A stretch of DNA of 64,000 nucleotides from Patescibacteria group bacterium (GTDB lineage: Bacteria; Patescibacteriota; Patescibacteriia; UBA10025; JAHIVO01): positions 315,284 to 379,283 of the forward strand of contig JBAZKE010000001.1 of assembly GCA_041650915.1 (NCBI GenBank), given 5' to 3'. Shown one piece after another: positions 36,906-44,601 of the stretch (the stretch's first letter is position 1; every line of letters starts with the position of its first letter). The notes beneath the pieces were generated by a model, which was not told the origin of the DNA, made no database searches, and saw only the letters and a list, made by a program, of their open reading frames with translations. The translations under genes and the position numbers were made by a program.

Positions 36906-39900
36906 ATGAGCACGTTCGATGCGCTGAATGAAGCCCAGAAAAAAGCCGTCACCTTCGGCAGCGGTCCGCTGCTGATCGTCGCGGGCGCGGGTACGGGCAA
37001 GACAACCGTGATTACCCAGCGGATCGCGTGGCTTGTCATGGAAAAGAAAGTTCCGACTGACGGCATTCTCGCGCTCACGTTCACCGAGAAAGCGGCAAGC
37101 GAGATGGAAGAGCGCGTTGACGTGCTGCTGCCGTACGGGTACGTTGATTTGTGGATTTTAACGTTCCATTCGTTTTGCGAGCGGATATTAAAAGATAATG
37201 CCCTGGAAATCGGCTTGCCGCCCGATTTCAAGCTTTTGAACGAAACTGACCAGGTCATGCTGGTCCGCCAGAACCTCGACGCATTCAACCTCGACTACTA
37301 CCGCCCTCTGGGCAATCCGACGAAATTCGTACAAGCCCTCGTCAAGCACTTTTCCCGGGCAAAGGATGAGAACGTGATGCCGGAAGAGTACGTCGAGTAC
37401 GCGGAAAACCTCAAGCTTGACCGGGGCGACGTCGACTATGCGAAAAAGCGGGGCGCTGGGGATGAGGAGTTTACCGAAGAACAGCGCATTCGGGAGGTGG
37501 CGAACGCGTACCACGTGTACGAGCAGCTGCTACTCGATAATTCGGCGCTCGATTTCGGCGACCTCATCCTGTACGCCATCAAGCTTTTCAGGACACGGCC
37601 GCGGGTGCTCGACCGGTACCGCAAGCAGTTCCGCTATGTGCTCGTCGATGAATTCCAGGATACGAATTACGCCCAGTACGAGCTCGTGAAGCTTCTCGCG
37701 GGGGACAGGCAGAATGTCACCGTCGTCGGCGATGACGACCAATCGATCTATAAGTTCCGCGGCGCAGCGATCAGCAATATCCTCGAGTTCAAGAAGGATT
37801 TCCCGAATTCCGCTGAGGTGGTCCTGGCCGAGAACTACCGCACGGTCCAGAATATCCTCGACGTATCATATGCCTTCATCAAGCAGAACGACCCGAACCG
37901 CCTGGAGTACCAGCTGTCGCAGGGCACGGTTGACCCGAAAGGCGCACCGCTCAAGCACAAGGTGAGCAAGAAGCTCCGGTCGGCGAGGGAGGGAGACGGC
38001 CCCCTCAGCCACCTCGCATTCAGGTCGCACCTCGAGGAGGCGTCGGGCGTCGCCAAGAAGATAGTCGAGATCAAAAAAAAGAACAAGAAGCTGCAGTGGG
38101 GGGATTTCGCGATCCTTGTCAGGGCGAATGCCCACGCGAACGAGTTCATCGCCGCGCTGTCGCGGCTCGAGATCCCGTACCAGTACCTTGCGTCCCGGGG
38201 GCTCTACGCGCAGCCGGAAGTCATGGACGTCATCGCGTACCTCAAGCTGCTCGATAACTACCACGAGAGCCCGGCGCTGTGGCGCGTTTTGAGTTTCGCG
38301 CACTGGGACCTGCCGATCGAGGATCTCATGGCCGTGTCGGCGTATGCGCGCCGCAAGAGCTTGTCGCTCTACGAGGCGCTCCGCACCGCGCGCGCCATCC
38401 GGGGGATCGGCGCCACGTTCGTCTCGAAAACCGAAAAAATTTTATCGATAGTCGAGGCGCACACCCAGCTCGCCAAAACCAAGCCAGTGCTGCCGGTCGC
38501 GCTGCAGTTCATGAAGGATTCCGGGTACCTCAAGGCGATGACGTCAAAAGACTCGCCGGAAAATCTCGAGAAGATCGTGCACCTGAACCAATTTTTCCGC
38601 ACGATCGAAACGTTCGAGACGGCGAATAATGACGGCAGTGTAAAAAATTTCCTGTACGAGTTTTCCCAGATCCAGGAAGCAGGCGATGAGGGCTCGATGA
38701 ACAAGCCATGGGAGGAGGGGCCGGATGCGGTCAGGATCATGACCATCCACGGGGCGAAGGGGCTTGAGTTTCCGTACGTGTTTCTCGTTTCGCTCGTCGA
38801 CAAGCGTTTTCCGACCGTCGAACGCAAGGAGCAGATCGAACTCCCCGATGCGCTCGTCAAGGAGATCATTCCCGAGGGGGACGTCCACCTGCAGGAGGAA
38901 CGCCGCCTGTTCTACGTCGGGATGACGCGGGCGCGCGACGGACTGTTCCTCACCTCCGCGGAAGATTACGGTGGCACGCGCAGGAAGAAGCCGTCCCGGT
39001 TTTTAGTCGAGCTCGGATTCGTGGAGCGGGCCGGTGCCGCGGAGAAGGCCGATCCTACAGAGCGGCTCATGCCGCCGGAACCCGCAACGCAGCAGGAGAT
39101 CAGGGACCTCTCATTCCTCCAGAAAGCAATACCGGCGCAAGCGAGCTTTACGCAGCTCAGGGCGTTCCAGACCTGCCCCAAGCAGTATAAGTACGCGCAC
39201 ATTCTGCGGCTGCCGGTCGAGGGGCGGCATGCGTTCAGCTTCGGCAAGTCGATCCACGGAGCCCTTTTCCGGTTTTTCACGCTGGTCAGGCAAGGCGGAG
39301 GAGCGAGCCAGTCCGATCTGTTCGGCGCCAAGAAGAAAAAGCAGTCCGTGCCGGCCGCTGACGAGCTCCTCGCATTGTATGAAGCTGAATGGGTTGATGA
39401 CTGGTATCTTTCCAAAGAGCACGCTGAGGAGTACCGCGCAAAGGGCGCGAAGCTGCTCCGTGAGTTTTATAATTCGCACAAAGGCACATTTCCCGTGCCG
39501 CTGCATCTCGAGCAGCCGTTCCACCTCAAACTCGGGGAGTATACGTTCAAGGGCGTGATTGACCGTATTGATCCGGCAGGGGAAAAGAATCAAGCTGAAA
39601 TAATCGACTATAAGACAGGCCAGCTCCCGAAAGGCGGCAAGCTGTCCCCGGACGACAAGCAGCAGCTGCAGATTTACGACCTCGCGGTGCGCGAAGTGCT
39701 CGGACTCGAGCCGACGCTGTTGAGCTACTACTATTTGGACGCGAATAAGAAGCTGTCGTTTGAATCCGATGAAAAGGCGTTGCGGGACATCAAAGCGCAG
39801 CTGACCAGCCAGATTCAGAGCATTCGTGCGAGCGAATTCAAGGCAACGCCGGGATTTTGGTGTAATAGTTGTGACTTTCGTGAGATTTGCGAGGACAGAT

Positions 39901-39911
39901 GGCGGGGGTAG
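36906..39911 (+). CDS. UvrD/PcrA/AddA-like superfamily-1 helicase fused to a C-terminal Cas4/RecB-type PD-(D/E)XK nuclease with an Fe-S Cys cluster
   Basis: GAGTGKTTV Walker A, DEFQDTN, VGDDDQSIYKFRGA, motif VI GMTRARDGLFLT. The C-terminal nuclease has QTCPKQYKY...IIDYKTGQ...CNSCDFREIC. Confidence 0.8.
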   Translation: MSTFDALNEAQKKAVTFGSGPLLIVAGAGTGKTTVITQRIAWLVMEKKVPTDGILALTFTEKAASEMEERVDVLLPYGYVDLWILTFHSFCERILKDNALEIGLPPDFKLLNETDQVMLVRQNLDAFNLDYYRPLGNPTKFVQALVKHFSRAKDENVMPEEYVEYAENLKLDRGDVDYAKKRGAGDEEFTEEQRIREVANAYHVYEQLLLDNSALDFGDLILYAIKLFRTRPRVLDRYRKQFRYVLVDEFQDTNYAQYELVKLLAGDRQNVTVVGDDDQSIYKFRGAAISNILEFKKDFPNSAEVVLAENYRTVQNILDVSYAFIKQNDPNRLEYQLSQGTVDPKGAPLKHKVSKKLRSAREGDGPLSHLAFRSHLEEASGVAKKIVEIKKKNKKLQWGDFAILVRANAHANEFIAALSRLEIPYQYLASRGLYAQPEVMDVIAYLKLLDNYHESPALWRVLSFAHWDLPIEDLMAVSAYARRKSLSLYEALRTARAIRGIGATFVSKTEKILSIVEAHTQLAKTKPVLPVALQFMKDSGYLKAMTSKDSPENLEKIVHLNQFFRTIETFETANNDGSVKNFLYEFSQIQEAGDEGSMNKPWEEGPDAVRIMTIHGAKGLEFPYVFLVSLVDKRFPTVERKEQIELPDALVKEIIPEGDVHLQEERRLFYVGMTRARDGLFLTSAEDYGGTRRKKPSRFLVELGFVERAGAAEKADPTERLMPPEPATQQEIRDLSFLQKAIPAQASFTQLRAFQTCPKQYKYAHILRLPVEGRHAFSFGKSIHGALFRFFTLVRQGGGASQSDLFGAKKKKQSVPAADELLALYEAEWVDDWYLSKEHAEEYRAKGAKLLREFYNSHKGTFPVPLHLEQPFHLKLGEYTFKGVIDRIDPAGEKNQAEIIDYKTGQLPKGGKLSPDDKQQLQIYDLAVREVLGLEPTLLSYYYLDANKKLSFESDEKALRDIKAQLTSQIQSIRASEFKATPGFWCNSCDFREICEDRWRG

Positions 39912-39988
39912 TTTGCGATACAAGTTATTATAGGATAGAATAGGGATAGAAATGTAATAACCTTCCCCAAATAACTTTTGGGGATTTT

Positions 39989-40270
39989 ATGTACTGCGTC
40001 TATATCATTACGAATAAACGGAAGAATGTGCTTTACACCGGCGTGACGAGCAATATCGTTGGCCGCGTTCGCCAGCACAAGAATAAGGTGCTTCCCGGTT
40101 TTACCAGCAAATACCGCGTACAGCACCTCGTCTACTATGAGGAGTACCAATACGTGTATGATGCCATCGCACGGGAGAAACAGATCAAGGGCTGGCGTCG
40201 TTCGAAAAAGGAGACATTGATCAGGCAATTGAATCCGTCATGGAGTGATTTGAGTGTTGGCTGGCACTAA
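39989..40270 (+). CDS. Small GIY-YIG nuclease-family protein (copy 2)
   Basis: MYCVYIITNKRKNVLYTGVTSNIVGRVRQHK... Same 5' flank (CCCCAAATAACTTTTGGGGATTTTATG) as copy 1. Confidence 0.85.
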   Translation: MYCVYIITNKRKNVLYTGVTSNIVGRVRQHKNKVLPGFTSKYRVQHLVYYEEYQYVYDAIAREKQIKGWRRSKKETLIRQLNPSWSDLSVGWH

Positions 40271-40271
40271 T

Positions 40272-40390
40272 GCTTGTCATCGCAAGCCCCCCACGTTTGT
40301 CATCCCGACCCGCCAATGGGCGGGGAGGGATCTCGGTAAAGAACACTATGCCAGTAACAGAGATGCTTCGACTTCGCTCAGCATGACAAG
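40272..40390. repeat. GIY-YIG-associated hairpin/repeat cluster (copy 2)
   Basis: cttgtcat ... atgacaag outer arms. cgtttgtcatcccg motif. Inner cccgcc/ggcggg hairpin. Confidence 0.65.
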
Positions 40391-40466
40391 GGTTGTTTTT
40401 GTTGCTTGCGTAATTGTTGGTGGGGGGTAGAATGAGGGTGCACATTAAATTTTATATTTACGAAAT

Positions 40467-40940
40467 ATGAAAATTCAAAAAAGTACAAGGCACTCAAAAA
40501 TAACTGGAAATTTTTGTGAAAGTGTCATTTTATATTGGTTATCAAAATATGGATTTGAGTGCGCAAACGTAGATCATACGGGCATTGATATTATTGCTCG
40601 TAATCCTCATACAAAGGAGGTTATGGGAATTTCAGTAAAAGGCAGAAGTAGAAATGAAGGAAAAGAAAAGACTTATGTCAGCATCCCAAATGATAATTTT
40701 GATAAAATTAGAAGGGCGTGTAAAGCGTTTAATTGTGTTCCATATTTTGCAATAGTTGTTGATGAAAAAGATAGAATATACTCATTCATTGTATCAATGG
40801 GGCATTTATTAAAATTATTTCCAGAAGGTAATCGCGTATGTGCGTGGAAAATGACAGAAAAACATATCGCACGATACAAGCAAGACTCCGAAATAATGTT
40901 TTTTGAATTTGATTATAAGACACTGAATTGGTGGGAATAA
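40467..40940 (+). CDS. Low-GC orphan protein with an Hjc/YraN-like PD-(D/E)XK restriction-endonuclease-fold N-terminal domain
   Basis: ESVILYWLSKYGFECANVDHTGIDIIARNPHTKEVMGISVKG follows the E...GxD(hhA)...hhhh(E/S)xK pattern of Holliday-junction-resolvase-like nucleases. The C-terminal 80 aa are unknown. Confidence 0.45.
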   Translation: MKIQKSTRHSKITGNFCESVILYWLSKYGFECANVDHTGIDIIARNPHTKEVMGISVKGRSRNEGKEKTYVSIPNDNFDKIRRACKAFNCVPYFAIVVDEKDRIYSFIVSMGHLLKLFPEGNRVCAWKMTEKHIARYKQDSEIMFFEFDYKTLNWWE

Positions 40941-40960
40941 ATTATTTTTACGATTGAAGT

Positions 40961-41641
40961 ATGCGAGAGCGTTTAACTATTATCGTTGCATTAACCTGCT
41001 GCGTGGTTTTATCTGGTTGTGCTATTCAGCAGACAAACGGTAATTCATCCACTAGCGTTAATACCAACTTCCCTGTCAACACCAACGCCACGCCAGTTGT
41101 AAATTCGAACACGAATACAGTGATCAATGCCACGCCAGTGGTAAAGGAGTTTATCTCACCGCTTGATAAGCCGGCGGAACGCATTACGAAAAAGCCGTTT
41201 GGCATTTACATCACGCCCACGGCGTCACCGGTTCAGCCGGAGAGGTTTTCTGGTTTTCACACCGGCGTGGATTTTGAAATTTTGGCAGGTGAGGAAGATA
41301 GTGACGTAGCAGTTACGGCAGGGTGCAGTGGTACGGTTCGAGATAAACAGCGGGTGAGTGGGTACGGCGGTGTGCTGGTGCAGGATTGCGTTTTAGCCGG
41401 CGAAAACGTAACTGTTTTGTACGGCCATTTGAATTTGGATAGCATAACCATTTCAGTGGGTGATACGCTGCATCAGGGGGATTTGATAGGCAATCTTGGC
41501 ACGGGGTATAGTACCCAGACGGATAATGAGCGCAAGCATTTGCATGTGTCGGTACACAAAGGAACGGGCGTAAATTACAAAGGATATGTGAGTTTAGAAT
41601 CAGCGCTTGAGGATTGGATCGACCCGCAGGAATATTTTTAA
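40961..41641 (+). CDS. M23-family (LytM-like) metallopeptidase lipoprotein
   Basis: Lipobox VLSGC. HTGVDF (HxxxD) and KHLHVSVH (HxH) zinc motifs. Confidence 0.75.
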   Translation: MRERLTIIVALTCCVVLSGCAIQQTNGNSSTSVNTNFPVNTNATPVVNSNTNTVINATPVVKEFISPLDKPAERITKKPFGIYITPTASPVQPERFSGFHTGVDFEILAGEEDSDVAVTAGCSGTVRDKQRVSGYGGVLVQDCVLAGENVTVLYGHLNLDSITISVGDTLHQGDLIGNLGTGYSTQTDNERKHLHVSVHKGTGVNYKGYVSLESALEDWIDPQEYF

Positions 41642-41777
41642 CGAAAAAGTTTTTACTTTTCACCCGATACGGTATACAGTAGTAGTATGGTGGAACAAAT
41701 CGGTGGTCTACTCCAACGGACGTTACGCCAGGTCACCATGGCAATGGTTTGTAATTGTTAGATTGTATCTTTTTACT

Positions 41778-42071
41778 ATGCCCATAGCACTCAGAGATTT
41801 ACTGCCGGAGAGCCTGCGGAAAGCGGGCATTGCCAAAGAGGTGAATGCCGCGCGTGTGTGCAGCGAGTTTAATGTGATCCTGAAGGAGGTGCTCGGCGGG
41901 AAGGCAGCTGAGAAGGCGAACGCCATATACGTGAAAAACGGGACGCTTACCATCGCCGTTATGAGCTCGGTAATCGGCCAGGAGATCAAGCTGCACGAGC
42001 ACGAGCTGCTTCAAAAACTCGGGGAAAAGGTTGGTCAAAAAGCAGTTGAAAGATTGCGTTTTTTAGTGTAA
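41778..42071 (+). CDS. DUF721-domain protein (DciA-like replicative helicase operator/loader family)
   Basis: LPESLRKAGIAKEVNAARVCSEFNVILKEVLG...NGTLTIAVMSSVIGQEIKLHEHELLQKL matches the DUF721 architecture. ORF trimmed to the ATG at 41778. Confidence 0.5.
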   Translation: MPIALRDLLPESLRKAGIAKEVNAARVCSEFNVILKEVLGGKAAEKANAIYVKNGTLTIAVMSSVIGQEIKLHEHELLQKLGEKVGQKAVERLRFLV

Positions 42072-42198
42072 AAAAATAGCTTACATTAGCCAAAAAAAAT
42101 ACTACTTAAAATACTTGCGGCAGGGGTAAAAATATGCTAAAATGCGGGTAGGTTGGAACCTACTTTTTTAATACTTTTCCACCGCCTGTTAGCTACTT

Positions 42199-42582
42199 AT
42201 GTCGCTCAAGAAGTACCTCATCGTGATGACAACGGCTACGCTCGTATGCTGGGTCGCGTGGCTCGTTGTGCTCTATTATATCAATCCCATGGAAGCAGGA
42301 TTTGTCGGTTTTACCCTGTTTTACCTCACGCTGCTCATCGCGCTCATCGGCACGTTTTCGCTCATCGGATTTTTTGGCAGGGTGTGGTTTTCGAAAGAGC
42401 GGGTCATTTTCCGGCACCTCGGCATTTCCACCCGCCAGTCAATGTGGTTTTCGTTTCTGCTGATTGGGACACTCATCCTGCAGGGGACTGATTTTCTGCG
42501 CTGGTGGAGCGTGCTCCTCCTCATCGTGCTGCTCACCTTGCTCGAGTTTTTCTTTTTATCCAGGAAGGTCATGCGCCGGTAG
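42199..42582 (+). CDS. Integral membrane protein (4 TM)
   Basis: Hydrophobic 127-aa ORF immediately upstream of pheS. Confidence 0.45.
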   Translation: MSLKKYLIVMTTATLVCWVAWLVVLYYINPMEAGFVGFTLFYLTLLIALIGTFSLIGFFGRVWFSKERVIFRHLGISTRQSMWFSFLLIGTLILQGTDFLRWWSVLLLIVLLTLLEFFFLSRKVMRR

Positions 42583-42587
42583 CAAAT

Positions 42588-43598
42588 ATGGAAGACGAAA
42601 TAAAGAAAATCCAGAAAGAAGCCCGCGCGAAGCTCGCAGCAGTTAAAAACCAAGCTGAACTCCGTGATTTTGAGGTTCTGTACCTCGGCCGCAAGGGCGA
42701 GCTCACCACTGTCTTGCGCCAGCTCAAGGGCTTGTCCGATATCCAGAAGCGGATGATCGGTACGGTCGCGAATAAGGCCAAGGGCGAGCTGGTGGCGGCA
42801 TTTGAGAAGAAGCGAAGCGAGCTCGAACAGACAGCCTCCGCATCGCTGACCACACTCGAGGCAACCTGGCCTGGAGCGGTTGAAAGCGCGGGGCGCCTCC
42901 ACCCGATTACGCAGTTCTTGCAGCGCGTCGAAGATATTTTCATCTCGATGGGATTTGAGGTTATTGACGGGCCGGAAGTCGAAACACCGCGGTACAACTT
43001 TGATCTGCTCAACATTCCCAAAGACCATCCGGCTCGGGATATGTGGGATACGTACTACGTCGAGCAAGGCCTTGTCCTGAGAACCCATACGTCTCCGGTC
43101 CAGCTCCGCGCGATGGAAAAACGCAAACCGCCCGTCAGATTGATTGCGCCCGGCAGGGTATTCCGTCATGAGGCGACCGACGCAGGACACGAAACGACAT
43201 TTTACCAGTGTGAGGGGCTTGTCATCGACCGGTGCATCACGGTGGCAAATCTGATACAGACCGTCGACCAGTTCCTGAAGGCGGTATTCGGCCCGCAGGT
43301 AAAGACCCGCGTCAGGCCAGAGCTGTACCCGTTCGTAGAGCCTGGCATTGATTTTGACATGCGGTGCTTGATCTGCGGCGGGGCGGGATGCTCGGTATGC
43401 AAGCAACGCGGCTGGCTCGAGACGCTCGGATCGGGCATGGTGCATCCGAAGGTGCTCAGGAACATGGGCGTTGACCCTGAGCAGTATTCCGGATTCGCGT
43501 TCGGGCTCGGCATTGACCGGCTCATGATGCTGCGCCACGGCATCAATGATATCCGACTGTCGTACAGCGGTGACTTTAGATTTTTAGAGCAGTTTTAA
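42588..43598 (+). CDS. pheS: Phenylalanine--tRNA ligase alpha subunit
   Basis: FRHEATDAGHETTFYQCEGLVID and GFAFGLGIDRLMML class II motifs. Start trimmed to the ATG at 42588 (MEDEIKKIQ...). Confidence 0.92.
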   Translation: MEDEIKKIQKEARAKLAAVKNQAELRDFEVLYLGRKGELTTVLRQLKGLSDIQKRMIGTVANKAKGELVAAFEKKRSELEQTASASLTTLEATWPGAVESAGRLHPITQFLQRVEDIFISMGFEVIDGPEVETPRYNFDLLNIPKDHPARDMWDTYYVEQGLVLRTHTSPVQLRAMEKRKPPVRLIAPGRVFRHEATDAGHETTFYQCEGLVIDRCITVANLIQTVDQFLKAVFGPQVKTRVRPELYPFVEPGIDFDMRCLICGGAGCSVCKQRGWLETLGSGMVHPKVLRNMGVDPEQYSGFAFGLGIDRLMMLRHGINDIRLSYSGDFRFLEQF

Positions 43599-43601
43599 TC
43601 T

Positions 43602-44600
43602 ATGGCAAAGCAACTTCCGAAATTTCTAGCAAACGTTTACGTCAACATCCGCGAGAGCAACGATCAGCTTCAACGCGAGTTTCTCGAGTGCCTGAAGAAT
43701 CGGGAAATCATTTCGAAGTTTTCGTACTGGGGCGAGGAGCCGACGCAGGCGTGGCTGCGGTTTTGCCGCGCTGCCGAGTACAAGACGTATCCGCAGGGAG
43801 TCTCTCTGCTGCGGAAGGTAAGCGCGGATATCGCCGATCGCGTGGGCGCTTCACGGGTTAACTACATAAGCCTCGGTGTCGGCAACGGCGAGAAGGACGC
43901 GATACTGCTGCAGTGGTTATATAAAACCTCGCGGCTGATACGGTATTACCCAATCGACATCTCGACCGACATGATCAAGGCGGGTTTGAATCACGTGTTC
44001 GCCCACTTTCGGAACTTGCCGACCACTGCGTTTGTGACCGATTTCAAGATTCTGGACGAGATCGCGCAGGCCGAGACGTTCCGTAGGGATCGCAACTTTT
44101 TCAGCCTCCTCGGGAATACGATGGGTAACTTCAACCAGGTGTCGCTGCTGAATATACTTCGGCACAGCCTGGATCGGAACGACTATTTGCTCGTCGGCGT
44201 CTCGACACGCCGGGAGCGGAGCCAGGAGACGAAGGCTGACGTTAACCGCATCATCAGAAGCTATAGCAACAAGGCGTCGAAGGAGTTTGCCTACAGCCCC
44301 CTGAAGAAGGCGGGTATCAAGAAATCCGACGGCGTGGTTGACGTCGAGTTCAACCGCGACCCGCTCTACCCGCGCCTCAACCGGGTCGATCTGTTCTTCT
44401 GCTTCCGCAAGAACAAAACGGCACACTACTGTGGCCAGGAGATCGTGTACCGGAAGGGGGAACGTATCCTGCTGTATTTTTCCGAGAAGTATTACCCGGA
44501 CGACCTCACGTTTCTGTTTCAGGATAATGGGTTCCGTATCGTCAAATTTTATCAGAATACAGAGCAGAGCTACGCAAAAATACTCTGCCGATTGAAATAG
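43602..44600 (+). CDS. EgtD-like SAM-dependent methyltransferase (Methyltransf_33 / histidine N-alpha-methyltransferase fold), inserted between pheS and pheT
   Basis: YISLGVGNGEKDAILLQWL...YYPIDIS...FFSLLGNTMGNF...LLVGVS parallels the EgtD signature blocks (LVELGSGss.K...YvPvDIS...FLGSTIGNf...LLlGvD). Confidence 0.5.
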   Translation: MAKQLPKFLANVYVNIRESNDQLQREFLECLKNREIISKFSYWGEEPTQAWLRFCRAAEYKTYPQGVSLLRKVSADIADRVGASRVNYISLGVGNGEKDAILLQWLYKTSRLIRYYPIDISTDMIKAGLNHVFAHFRNLPTTAFVTDFKILDEIAQAETFRRDRNFFSLLGNTMGNFNQVSLLNILRHSLDRNDYLLVGVSTRRERSQETKADVNRIIRSYSNKASKEFAYSPLKKAGIKKSDGVVDVEFNRDPLYPRLNRVDLFFCFRKNKTAHYCGQEIVYRKGERILLYFSEKYYPDDLTFLFQDNGFRIVKFYQNTEQSYAKILCRLK

Positions 44601-44601
44601 T

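Noticed and set aside
42321-43538. 405-aa antisense ORF across pheS. Similar long antisense ORFs lie at 35002-36141, 47926-48891 and 14369-15163
   Set aside because: All are opposite well-supported genes (pheS, PQQ dehydrogenase, gyrB, CYTH). All show low-complexity R/A/P-rich composition, a high-GC artefact.
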